Position numbers and translations under genes: made by a program
Notes under the pieces: generated by a model
Seen by the model: the letters and a program-made list of their open reading frames with translations, nothing else
Told to the model about the DNA's origin: nothing
Database searches by the model: none
NCBI GenBank assembly: GCA_963666425.2
Contig: OY762825.2
Coordinates: 1,920,001 to 1,984,000 of the forward strand
Direction of reading: 5' to 3'
Length of the DNA: 64,000 bases
Origin: Bacillota bacterium
Lineage (GTDB): Bacteria; Bacillota; JAAYKD01
In this document: piece after piece, positions 38,787-47,914 of the stretch
Numbering within the stretch: position 1 is the stretch's first letter
How the letters are laid out: every line of letters begins with the position of its first letter

Positions 38787-39728
38787 TTAATTGCCTTTGA
38801 CTTTGGTGGTTTTGTCGTTGCCGACTCCTTCGGGTTTGTTTTCAGTTCCGGAACCTGTCGGGCCCTCTTTGATTGGAAGCGAACCGGTGGTTACTTTACC
38901 GTTACCGACTCCTTCAGGTTTGTTTTCAGTTCCTAAGGTGACTTCTTCTGCCGGATCAGCAGTGGTGTTATTTTCGGTTTGCTCCGCTGCATGCTTGCGT
39001 TCGAGTTCTTTGTTTTGATTGGTCTGCGCCATGATTTCCTTTACCGGTTTGGTTAACCATTCGGTTTGGTCAATCGTGGCCGGTTCTTCTGCACTGGCGA
39101 TTAATTTTTCTACCAGATTCAATTTGCCGGGTGTGACGCCTAGCTCTTTTGCTTCGGTGACACGTTCCAGACCAACGGCTTCGGCATTGGCTACTTTTTC
39201 AACGTTGTTCTTTTCGCAGGCAGTATTGGCTGCTGTTTCGAGATCCGTGGCCAATTCAGCCGCTTTCTCTTTATTCTTGGCTGCGGTGGCAATCACAATA
39301 CCGTTGCCGCTGCCATTCAAATACCCGGCTTGGGCGATTTCGTTGACGGTGAGCGTAATGGCTTCTTCGATATTTTTGTTCTTGAGGTGAGCAAGTTCAA
39401 CCTCTGATAAAATCTCCTTGCCTTCGTCGTTGACGCCTTTGGCGGAAAGCACTCTGTCAAAACGGTTGACTGAAAATTCAATCGCCGGATTGACGTCCAA
39501 ACTGACATAAGTTGTCGGGGTGTAATACGCATAGGCGCTGCCCCCCAGGAAGACCATCATGCATGCTGCCACTAAAGCAGTAATTTTACTGAAACTCAAG
39601 TTGTTTCTCATGTTCATTTCTACCTCCTGCCCGATTGTATAGTTCCGGTTTTTCACGCGAACGATGCATCCGTCGTCAGAAAGCAGGGCTGCCTTGTCTT
39701 TGCGTATTTCTACAATGATCGCTTTCAT
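38787..39728 (-). CDS. rsgI: Anti-sigma-I factor RsgI-like protein
   Basis: N-terminal RsgI_N, TM helix, YVSLDVNPAIEFSVNRFDRV cleavage motif, LGVTPGKL; short repeated tail. Confidence 0.88.
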   Translation of the reverse strand: MKAIIVEIRKDKAALLSDDGCIVRVKNRNYTIGQEVEMNMRNNLSFSKITALVAACMMVFLGGSAYAYYTPTTYVSLDVNPAIEFSVNRFDRVLSAKGVNDEGKEILSEVELAHLKNKNIEEAITLTVNEIAQAGYLNGSGNGIVIATAAKNKEKAAELATDLETAANTACEKNNVEKVANAEAVGLERVTEAKELGVTPGKLNLVEKLIASAEEPATIDQTEWLTKPVKEIMAQTNQNKELERKHAAEQTENNTTADPAEEVTLGTENKPEGVGNGKVTTGSLPIKEGPTGSGTENKPEGVGNDKTTKVKGN

Positions 39729-39732
39729 TAAT

Positions 39733-40446
39733 TCATTCTTCCTTTCGTATGAAGGATACATATTCTGCCAAACAGGGATACTCACCGGAAAGGAGTTCCA
39801 CTGCCGCTATAATATAATTACGGTGATGTTCCAGTAATTTTAGGGGTAGGCCCGTAAAAATGTGGATTTTTTTTTGCGGCAGCATTTTTTTAGCGTAAAG
39901 TTCGTCCCGCAGCGCAGGATGAGCCAGAATACAGCGCACTGCCAGCCGGCAGGCATTTTTTGTTTTGCGTGATTTCGGTGAGCATTCCGTCAAATCGTAG
40001 AAAGAGAAACCGAATTTTTCAAATTCGGCAGCGGCAGCGGCAATTTCATCTTTTACAGCCAGATCCTGATCTGCGGTCAGTTTCTCTACCACTTTAATCC
40101 GGTCGTGATAATCGCTTGTCTCTTCGCTTGCTTCCGTCCCGAAGAGGAGAGGATCCATGGCTTCTTCCTGATTGTGCTTCTGCTCCGTCCGATGGTAATC
40201 GATCAGGCGCCAGCGAATGCAGGTTTCGGCATATTTTAAAAAGCTGCCTTGACTGAAGTCATAGGTATTGACCGCATCGGAGAAGGCAAAGATGGCAATT
40301 GACCATTCGTCGTCTGAAGTAGTAATGAAGCGTTTACTGGCGCGGAAGGCGCAGCCTAAGATAAACCATTTTTGACTGATGATGAAATCGGAGAGGACAT
40401 CGTCATCTTTGGCCGCTTGCAGGGCTGTCTCATCGATTTGTCTCAT
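39733..40446 (-). CDS. sigI: RNA polymerase sigma-I factor
   Basis: DDEWSIAIFAF, FLKYA...RLIDY, SPKSRKTK, LEHHRNYIIA; directly upstream of rsgI. Confidence 0.9.
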   Translation of the reverse strand: MRQIDETALQAAKDDDVLSDFIISQKWFILGCAFRASKRFITTSDDEWSIAIFAFSDAVNTYDFSQGSFLKYAETCIRWRLIDYHRTEQKHNQEEAMDPLLFGTEASEETSDYHDRIKVVEKLTADQDLAVKDEIAAAAAEFEKFGFSFYDLTECSPKSRKTKNACRLAVRCILAHPALRDELYAKKMLPQKKIHIFTGLPLKLLEHHRNYIIAAVELLSGEYPCLAEYVSFIRKEE

Positions 40447-40686
40447 AGAGTCCCCTCCTTTCTGATTTTTCTGATTGTTTCAATTCTACAGCGAAAAGGA
40501 TCCAATTGTCAATTCCTGCAAAAATCAATCGTTCGGAGGTTTGCCAAATTCAGACCACCTCTGCTGCAATCGGTAACCTTGTAAAGAATTGTTATTAAAT
40601 GTCAGTGATATTGTAAAGCCTCTTGACTAGTACCAAAAAATGAGGTAAATTAAGCAAGATAAGTTTTTTAAATGGAGGCAATCTAG

Positions 40687-40833
40687 ATGAAAAGAATTCA
40701 AACTTTGGATACCCGCGATTTGGCTGCCAGTGCCAAGAACGGCGGCTGCGGCGAATGCCAAACGTCCTGCCAATCTGCCTGCAAGACTTCCTGCGGTATC
40801 GCCAATCAGCCATGTGAGAATAAGGACAAATAA
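40687..40833 (+). CDS. scfA: Six-cysteine ranthipeptide SCIFF precursor
   Basis: Not in ORF track. GGAGG RBS; MKRIQTLDTRDLAASAKNGGCGECQTSCQSACKTSCGIANQPCENKDK, 48 aa. Confidence 0.97.
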   Translation: MKRIQTLDTRDLAASAKNGGCGECQTSCQSACKTSCGIANQPCENKDK

Positions 40834-40914
40834 GTTCAACTGAAAATTGCCGCCTGTTTGCACGAGCGTGTGGGCAAGCGGCATTTTTTATCTTATGAGG
40901 AAGGAACTCTGGTT

Positions 40915-42288
40915 ATGATCCATCAGTATCAATTGAATGGCTATTCCATCGTGCTGGATGTTTACAGCGGATCGGTGCATGTTGTTGATAAAGTTGCTTA
41001 TGAGATGATCAGTCTCTACGAGAAGGCTGAAAAAGAGCAAATTATCGCCCAGATGCTGGCAAAATATGCTGCTGATCAGGTCAGCGAGCAGGACCTGCGG
41101 CAGTGTTTTGAGGATCTCGAAGCATTGAAAGCGGCGGGTAAACTGTTTAGCGAAGATGTTTATGCCGAGAAAGCGCTCGATTTAAAGAAACGCAGCACGG
41201 TGATTAAGGCGCTTTGTCTGCATGTAGCGCATACCTGTAATTTAAATTGCGAATACTGTTTTGCCAGTCAGGGTAAGTATCAGGGAGAACGCGCCTTGAT
41301 GAGCCTGGAAGTAGGTAAACAGGCCCTTGATTTTCTGATCGCTCATTCGGGAACGCGGGTCAATTTGGAAGTGGATTTCTTTGGTGGCGAGCCGCTGATG
41401 AATTGGCAGGTTGTCAAACAGCTGGTGGCTTACGGACGCAGCCGGGAGCAAGCCTGCCACAAGAAATTCCGCTTCACTCTGACTACCAACGGCATGCTGC
41501 TCGATGATGAAGTGACAGATTTCTGCAATCGGGAAATGTACAATGTGGTCCTGAGCCTGGACGGCAGAAAAGAAGTGCATGACAATTTGCGTAAGAACTA
41601 TGCAGGTGAGGGCAGTTACGAGACCATTGTACCGAAATTCCAACGTTTGGTAGCAAAACGCGGTCAGCAAGGTTATTATATCCGGGGCACCTATACCCAT
41701 CACAATATTGATTTCAGCAACGATTTGCTGCACATGGCGGACCTTGGTTTTACGCAGCTCAGTATGGAACCGGTCGTTTGTGCGCCGAATGATCCCTATG
41801 CCCTGACCGAAGCAGATTTGCCGGTGCTTTTTGAACAATATGAAATCCTGGCCAAGGCGATGATCCAGCGTAAAAAAGAAGGCAAAGCTATCACCTTCTA
41901 CCATTATATGCTCGATTTGAGCAACGGACCCTGCATTTATAAACGAATTTCCGGCTGTGGCGCCGGAACGGAATATATGGCCGTCACACCCTGGGGAGAA
42001 CTCTTCCCCTGCCATCAATTTGTAGGCGATCCTAAATTCAGCCTGGGCAATCTCTGTGACGGTGTCACTAATTTGGAATTGCAGGATGAATTTAAACTAT
42101 GTAATGTCTATGCTCACCCGGAATGTAATGATTGCTGGGCCAGGCTCTATTGTTCCGGCGGTTGTGCCGCCAATGCCTGCCATGCCACGGGCAGTATCAC
42201 CGGGATTTATGCCTATGGCTGTGAACTGTTCCGCAAGCGCATTGAATGCGCTATCATGATCAAAGCGGCCGAAGCGAATCCGGAATAA
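40915..42288 (+). CDS. scfB: SCIFF radical SAM/SPASM maturase
   Basis: MIHQY RRE start, CNLNCEYC, DFFGGEP, GCGAG, CHQF, CNDCWARLYCSGGC SPASM motifs; follows scfA. Confidence 0.96.
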   Translation: MIHQYQLNGYSIVLDVYSGSVHVVDKVAYEMISLYEKAEKEQIIAQMLAKYAADQVSEQDLRQCFEDLEALKAAGKLFSEDVYAEKALDLKKRSTVIKALCLHVAHTCNLNCEYCFASQGKYQGERALMSLEVGKQALDFLIAHSGTRVNLEVDFFGGEPLMNWQVVKQLVAYGRSREQACHKKFRFTLTTNGMLLDDEVTDFCNREMYNVVLSLDGRKEVHDNLRKNYAGEGSYETIVPKFQRLVAKRGQQGYYIRGTYTHHNIDFSNDLLHMADLGFTQLSMEPVVCAPNDPYALTEADLPVLFEQYEILAKAMIQRKKEGKAITFYHYMLDLSNGPCIYKRISGCGAGTEYMAVTPWGELFPCHQFVGDPKFSLGNLCDGVTNLELQDEFKLCNVYAHPECNDCWARLYCSGGCAANACHATGSITGIYAYGCELFRKRIECAIMIKAAEANPE

Positions 42289-42296
42289 AAACAAGA

Positions 42297-44117
42297 GGGG
42301 CTGTAGCAAAACAGCCTAAAAAAACAGAGCCAAGTGGCTGCGAAAAGCAGACACAAGGCTCTGTTTTTTTGGTATAATTGAATCGTGAAAAAACCACTAC
42401 ACCGTGTCCATTATGGCACGAAAAAAAGAAATGTGCAACTAAAACTTGACGAATTTTTTGCTGAGAAAATAATTCCTGCAGATGACAGTGTGCGGCTCTT
42501 AGACGAAATAATGGAGGAGATGGATGAGACCCCGCTTTGGAGAGCATATCAACGCACAGGCCGTCGCCCGGCAACAAATCCCGTTACCATGCTGAAGCTA
42601 ATGGTATATGCCAGTATGCAAGGCATTTTTTCCAGCCGCGCCATCGCCATGGCATGTAAGCGAGATATCAATTTCATCTGGCTGCTCAATGGAAAAAAAG
42701 CACCTAACCACAGCGAAATCGCGCGTTTTCGAAGTAAACGGCTGACAAAATGCGGTGAGGAGCTTTTCTACCAATTGGTGAAAAAGCTGGCAAACTTGAG
42801 TGAAATCAAGTTTGAGCATCTGTTTGTAGACGGGACAAAACTCGAAGCGAATGCGAACAAGTATAGCTTTGTCTGGAAAAAAAGCACGACGAAATATGAA
42901 AGCAGGCTACTTGACAAACTGTCGAAGTGGCTGCCTGAGCTGTCTGCAAAATACGGTATTCTGGCAGAAACGTCGGAAGATTTGCTGCAGATCCTCGAGC
43001 GCCGGATAACCGCACCGTTTGTCTACGGCAAGGGCAAGCGAAAAAGCGAGTTGCAAAGGGATATCGAGCAGCTTCGGGAACTGCTCGGCCGGAAAGAAAA
43101 GTATGCCGGATATCAAACGACCTTCCAAGGGCGGAATAGCTTCTCTAAAATTGATCCGGATGCGACTTTCATGCATATGAAAGACGATCATATGCGTAAC
43201 GCGCAATTGAAACCGGGTTATAACATCCAACTTGGAGTGGAAGGTGAATATATTACAGGTGTCCAGGTTTCCAGTGAGCGCAGCGATCAGCTTACACTCA
43301 TACCCTTGCTGGAAAATATGGAATCACATCTGGGGACAAGTTACGAAGATGTCACAGCGGATGCGGGTTATGAGAGCGAGGAAAATTACACCTTTTTTGA
43401 AAATAAAACCACACAGTGTTACATTAAGCCTCAAAATTATGAGCGGTCTAAAACGAAGAAATACAAGAGCAACATGGCGCTGAGGGAAAACATGGCCTAT
43501 GACAAGACACTGGATGAATACACCTGTCAGGCTGAAAAGAAGCTCAGAGCAGTTTATACAGGCAAACGTAAGAGCAAGTCTGGTTTTGAAAGTGAGATCA
43601 CCTACTACGCATGTGAGGATTGCGGAACGTGTCCCTATAAAAAGAAATGCACCCGATCGAAGGGAAACAGGAAACTGCAGGTCTCCAAGAAATTCATTGA
43701 GCAGCGTCAACAGTCACTGGAGCGGATCACCAGTGCCAAGGGGATCTTGCTGCGGATGAATCGTTCCATTCAGTCAGAAGGAGCCTTCGGCGTGATCAAG
43801 CAGGATTACGGCTTCCGTCAGTTCCTGCTCCGCGGCAATAAAAAGGTTTTGGCAGAGATTCTTTTGGTGGCAATGGGCTACAACATCAACAAATTACACA
43901 ACAAGATTCAACAAAATCGCACCGGCAGACAATTGTTTAAAAAACTTACGGCTTAACAATAGTAAAAATCAGAATATTTCCTGTATTTGGGTGAGATTTT
44001 ATCTGACCTTTATATTTCTGTCTGCTGTTTTTCGTATTAGCTTGTTTTTCGTTTGTGAAAAATGATACTGGAGCATCAAAAAGAGACTGTAGCAATTTTT
44101 CATTTTGCTACAGCCCC
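42297..44117 (+). mobile_element. IS1182-family insertion sequence, copy 2 (1821 bp)
   Basis: Same terminal inverted repeats and length as copy 1; identical translated transposase. Confidence 0.92.
42385..43956 (+). CDS. IS1182-family DDE transposase
   Basis: Identical protein to 37038..38609. Confidence 0.95.
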   Translation: MKKPLHRVHYGTKKRNVQLKLDEFFAEKIIPADDSVRLLDEIMEEMDETPLWRAYQRTGRRPATNPVTMLKLMVYASMQGIFSSRAIAMACKRDINFIWLLNGKKAPNHSEIARFRSKRLTKCGEELFYQLVKKLANLSEIKFEHLFVDGTKLEANANKYSFVWKKSTTKYESRLLDKLSKWLPELSAKYGILAETSEDLLQILERRITAPFVYGKGKRKSELQRDIEQLRELLGRKEKYAGYQTTFQGRNSFSKIDPDATFMHMKDDHMRNAQLKPGYNIQLGVEGEYITGVQVSSERSDQLTLIPLLENMESHLGTSYEDVTADAGYESEENYTFFENKTTQCYIKPQNYERSKTKKYKSNMALRENMAYDKTLDEYTCQAEKKLRAVYTGKRKSKSGFESEITYYACEDCGTCPYKKKCTRSKGNRKLQVSKKFIEQRQQSLERITSAKGILLRMNRSIQSEGAFGVIKQDYGFRQFLLRGNKKVLAEILLVAMGYNINKLHNKIQQNRTGRQLFKKLTA

Positions 44118-44125
44118 TTTTTTCA

Positions 44126-45238
44126 TCATTTCGTTAAGCCGAGGAAAAGTGTTACGGCAATTTCCAGCAGTTCATCCCGGAAATCGTAAGCAAAGGTGTG
44201 AACCGGGGGATAATCTTCCCCATTGCCCAAATAGCAGATGGCCCCCTTGGTCAGTTTGGTATAGTAACCGAAATCTTCCGAGCCCCGCTGCGCCTTGGTC
44301 AATTCGTTGACCTCGAGACCGTTGGCTTTGGCAGCGCGGCGAATCTGATCCACGCTTTCTTTGTGGTTGAAGGTTTCCGGAAAAATGTCCTGGTAAGAAA
44401 TAGCAACCGTCAAGCCATCGCGCAGCGCCAGCGCGGCAGCAAGCTTCTCCAGGTTTTGCTGCAGACGCTCGAGTTCGGTTTCCCGTTCTGCCCGAAGGGT
44501 CAGGCGCAAATCTCCCTGGCTCGCAGAGATGCCAAAGGCTTTTTCGCCCAGCTCAACCTGAATGACGGTGCATAAGACCAGACCCTGTTGTTTTTCCGGA
44601 GCGGTCAGCTCAGGGATCGCCAGGATGATGGCAGCGATGGCGGCCGCCGGATTGCGGCCCGCTTCCGGCTGGCTGGCGTGGGAGGGGATCCCCTGCAGAT
44701 GAATGGTCATGCCTCTTGAAGCGCAGTGTGCCGTGTTGTCAATCACATTCACCGAGCCAAAAGGCATGCCGCTCATATTGTGAAAAGCATAAATTCCATC
44801 GATTTTATGCTCACGAATCATAGCAGAACAGGGCTCGCCGCCGGCTCCGATTTCTTCGGCCGGTTGAAAAAGCAAGAAAATATTCTGCTCAGCTCCCTGT
44901 TGGTCAATTTCTAAGGCAAGACCGGCCAGAACTGCTGCGTGCCCATCATGGCCGCACTTATGAGCTACGCCGGGGCAGCGGGAAGCATAGGGTAAGTCAA
45001 TACCTTCCGGCATGGGCAGCGCATCAAAATCAGCCCGAAAGGCAACATTTTTCCTGTCCGGTCCGGCGTGATAAACCGCATAAAACCAGAAGCCTCTGTC
45101 GACGATCTCCAATTTTGTATTTTGCCGTAAAAAATCGATCAGATGCTGCTTTGTCCAGCTTTCCTGTAAAGATACTTCGGGATGTTGATGCAGTTCGTGC
45201 CGTAATTGTATCACGCGCTGCAGATTTTCTGGTTTCAT
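44126..45238 (-). CDS. M20 family amidohydrolase
   Basis: LHQHPE, RADFDAL, HKCGHDGH, FQPAEE, SEDF. Confidence 0.92.
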   Translation of the reverse strand: MKPENLQRVIQLRHELHQHPEVSLQESWTKQHLIDFLRQNTKLEIVDRGFWFYAVYHAGPDRKNVAFRADFDALPMPEGIDLPYASRCPGVAHKCGHDGHAAVLAGLALEIDQQGAEQNIFLLFQPAEEIGAGGEPCSAMIREHKIDGIYAFHNMSGMPFGSVNVIDNTAHCASRGMTIHLQGIPSHASQPEAGRNPAAAIAAIILAIPELTAPEKQQGLVLCTVIQVELGEKAFGISASQGDLRLTLRAERETELERLQQNLEKLAAALALRDGLTVAISYQDIFPETFNHKESVDQIRRAAKANGLEVNELTKAQRGSEDFGYYTKLTKGAICYLGNGEDYPPVHTFAYDFRDELLEIAVTLFLGLTK

Positions 45239-45387
45239 CGGATTCACCCTCCCCATCATTCAGGCTTCCCTCGCAAAGTCAACCGATTGATTGTACTTTA
45301 CACAAAAGCAAGGTTGCAGTCAAGTATTTTTTTCTCTGCTAGTAAAAACCTCAAAATAACCAAGTAGCAGGAAAATCATACTGCCTC

Positions 45388-45438
45388 TTGACAAAATACG
45401 CAAACAATATTATAATATGTTTATAAAATTAGTAAACA
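45388..45438 (+). promoter_or_regulatory. Consensus sigma-A promoter with inverted-repeat operator
   Basis: TTGACA-N17-TATAAT (45388-45416); TGTTTA-N9-TAAACA (45418-45438). Confidence 0.75.
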
Positions 45439-45454
45439 ATAGGAGAGTGACACC

Positions 45455-46216
45455 TTGGCAGATCTGGAAAACTTATCAATGCAGGAAATCGTGCAGGGTT
45501 ATTTTCTTGACGCAGGTCAAAATGCTTACGTTTGCACAGACTGCGGCAGTTCTTTTGCCGTTGGCGAAGTCTACCGACTGGCTGAAAGGTATTTTCAAGC
45601 CGAACAGGCAGTGCAGATGCATCAGAAAACCATGCATCAAAATAGATTGGCTGAATTTTTAGCGGCAGACAGTAAGTATTTGTCTTTGACTGAAAATCAG
45701 AAAATTCTACTGCAGCAATTCGGTCAGGGTTATACGGACAGTGAGGTGGCAAAGCGGCTGCAGGTGTCTCCCTCAACCGTGCGGCATCAGCGTTTCATGT
45801 TTCGGGAAAAAGCCAAAGCAGCCAAAATCTACTTGGCGGTTTGGCAAATGGTCTCAGAGGAGATGGGTAAAGGTAAAAATACGGACGGCAGTCAATTACT
45901 GCCTGTTCATGAAGGAGCAACCATGGTAGACGAACGATACGAAATCACCGAAGCGGAAGCAAAAAAAATCATCCATGCCGCTTTCACCAGTTTAGAACCT
46001 CTGCAATTAAAAGTGTTTCCGGTCAAGCAGAAAAAGAAGCTCGTCATTCTGCGGCTGATTGCGGAACAGTTTGAAAAGAACAAGAAATACACTGAAAAAG
46101 AAGTGAACAGTATCCTGACCGGTATTTATGATGATTTTGTCAGCATCCGGCGTTACTTAATCGAATATGGTTTTATGGATCGAGTCAATGATGGCAGCGC
46201 TTATTGGCTGAAATAA
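45455..46216 (+). CDS. DUF2087 domain protein with Zn-finger-like and LuxR-type HTH segments
   Basis: CTDC..H...H, SEVAKRLQVSPSTVRH, YTEKEVN...DFVSIRRYLIEYGF. Confidence 0.88.
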   Translation: MADLENLSMQEIVQGYFLDAGQNAYVCTDCGSSFAVGEVYRLAERYFQAEQAVQMHQKTMHQNRLAEFLAADSKYLSLTENQKILLQQFGQGYTDSEVAKRLQVSPSTVRHQRFMFREKAKAAKIYLAVWQMVSEEMGKGKNTDGSQLLPVHEGATMVDERYEITEAEAKKIIHAAFTSLEPLQLKVFPVKQKKKLVILRLIAEQFEKNKKYTEKEVNSILTGIYDDFVSIRRYLIEYGFMDRVNDGSAYWLK

Positions 46217-46372
46217 GCTTGGTTCCACGGCCCGGCGGCGAAAACTGAGCCAATGGTCTTGCCGCAGACAGGCGAAGAGAAGTTGCCATTTTTGCCCAAT
46301 AACAAAGGGTTTTCTGTCTTCCATCCAGAATAATCTCCTCAAGAATACAATTCAACGGGAGGGTGGCGTCAG

Positions 46373-46756
46373 ATGAAAAGCAGAAAGAAAGACAAGAAAC
46401 TCATCTGGTTCGGCAGAGCGGCCGGTATTTTCTATACGCTGTTTTTAATGCTCTTTTCTCTGGACGCTTTTCAGGAAGGCGGCAATTTTCTGACGCAGTT
46501 GGGCGGATTTTTACTGCATTCTGTACCTTCTTTGCTTTTGTTTGCGATCCTCTTTCTGACTTGGAATTCACCTCTGCGGACCGGTTTTCTCTTGCTGACT
46601 TTTGGCCTGGGTTTCATTGCTTTCAGTATCTTCAGCCATCGGCAGTCTCAGTTGGAAATTGCTTATTTGCTGCCGCAGCTGCTTGTTTTCCTGCCGGCTC
46701 TCGTGATCGGTGTTATTTTTATCTATGCGGTTTGGCACAAGACACGGGTGAATTAA
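46373..46756 (+). CDS. Hypothetical four-TM membrane protein
   Basis: GGAGG RBS; four hydrophobic segments; FSLDAF and FLLH.VP motifs. Confidence 0.75.
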   Translation: MKSRKKDKKLIWFGRAAGIFYTLFLMLFSLDAFQEGGNFLTQLGGFLLHSVPSLLLFAILFLTWNSPLRTGFLLLTFGLGFIAFSIFSHRQSQLEIAYLLPQLLVFLPALVIGVIFIYAVWHKTRVN

Positions 46757-47024
46757 GCCGCTTGACAACGAAAAATCCCTTTTTTCCAGCGAGAGTGCGG
46801 ATCGCTCGGATGGCAAGGACCGCCGGGCTTTTTTAGAGTACATATTACGCCGCGGTTGCTGGATAGCCAAGAGATGTCACAATTAACTCGTATCATCATG
46901 ATAACAATGTTGTGATAAATTTTTCTATCAATAATAAAGGGATATTATCATACCATCAAGAATTAGCAGAAAATAACCGAGCAAAACGAACTTTGCCGGA
47001 AGATGAACAAATAGGAGAAATGTA

Positions 47025-47312
47025 ATGAATATTTTTACGAAGGCGATCGTTTCGAACTCCGAGATGATCAAGAATTATAAGACCTGCCGGGAGAAGGCAG
47101 AAGAGTTAGGGAAGATTTTCGTTTTAAAGAATAATCAACCGGATGCCGTCTTGTTCTCCATTACGGAATACGAACGAATGTCTGACTTTGTCGAATACCT
47201 GGAAAGTCTGGAGCCGGCCGAGTTTGCCGAAGTGATGGAAACCCTGCCGAAGAAAGGCGCTCGCATCAATTATTCCTTGAAACATTTGAGGAGCGATATC
47301 GACGAAAAGTAA
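47025..47312 (+). CDS. Phd/YefM antitoxin-like protein, no adjacent toxin, copy A
   Basis: IVSNSEM..NY..C...AE, IFVLKNNQPDAVLFSITEYE pattern of the Phd DNA-binding domain. Confidence 0.8.
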   Translation: MNIFTKAIVSNSEMIKNYKTCREKAEELGKIFVLKNNQPDAVLFSITEYERMSDFVEYLESLEPAEFAEVMETLPKKGARINYSLKHLRSDIDEK

Positions 47313-47331
47313 CAAGAAAAGGTTCGCAGTG

Positions 47332-47368
47332 AAGTGGTGACGTTTATAAAAACGTTGCCGCTTTTTTT
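47332..47368 (+). terminator. Intrinsic terminator after Phd copy A
   Basis: AAGTGGTGACGTTT-ATAA-AAACGTTGCCGCTT followed by a T-tract. Confidence 0.7.
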
Positions 47369-47426
47369 ATGCCTAAACAGGGCTGTAACTGCACGGCAAA
47401 TATATCGATAAATAATGATAATAAAA

Positions 47427-47517
47427 AATCTTATAATGAATCATATAAAAAATCATATAAATAATATAATAATTATTATCAATATTATTTGACAAAACAT
47501 GCAAACTGTGCTAAGAT
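47427..47517 (+). promoter_or_regulatory. Sigma-A promoter preceded by three direct repeats
   Basis: AATCWTATAA at 47427, 47439 and 47451 (12-bp period); TTGACA (47489)-N17-TAAGAT with extended -10 TG. Confidence 0.7.
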
Positions 47518-47554
47518 GAAGACAGATTTCAGTATAAGGGTGGTGATTGGTAAA

Positions 47555-47842
47555 ATGAAGATCTTGACAGAAGCGATCGTGTCAAACTCGGAAATGATCA
47601 AAAAATACAAAGACTGCAGAGCGAAAGCGGAGCGACTGGGTAAGATATTTATTTTAAAAAACAACCAGCCTGATGCAGTCCTCTTTTCCATTGCCGCCTA
47701 CGAAAAACTTTCGGTACTGATCGAATATCTGGAAAAATTGCAGACAGCCGACTTTGAAAAATTCGTCGAATTCATTCCGAATGAAGATTATACGAAAGCT
47801 TATCCGTTTGGCATCACAAAAGCAGATCTCAACCAGTTTTAG
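47555..47842 (+). CDS. Phd/YefM antitoxin-like protein, no adjacent toxin, copy B
   Basis: 95 aa from ATG 47555; 41 of the first 53 residues identical to copy A (manual count). Confidence 0.8.
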   Translation: MKILTEAIVSNSEMIKKYKDCRAKAERLGKIFILKNNQPDAVLFSIAAYEKLSVLIEYLEKLQTADFEKFVEFIPNEDYTKAYPFGITKADLNQF

Positions 47843-47914
47843 ATGCACTGCCGCAGGTAGCAGCGCTCAAAGCTTCACACAAGGATTGTTAGATTAGAAA
47901 GGCAGGGAATCAGA

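Noticed and set aside
40595-40884. Minus-strand ORFs of 72 and 85 aa in the ORF track
   Set aside because: Shadow frames of the real plus-strand scfA gene.
47025-47842. Classical type II toxin-antitoxin modules
   Set aside because: No toxin-sized ORF with RelE, Doc or PIN features adjoins either Phd-like gene.
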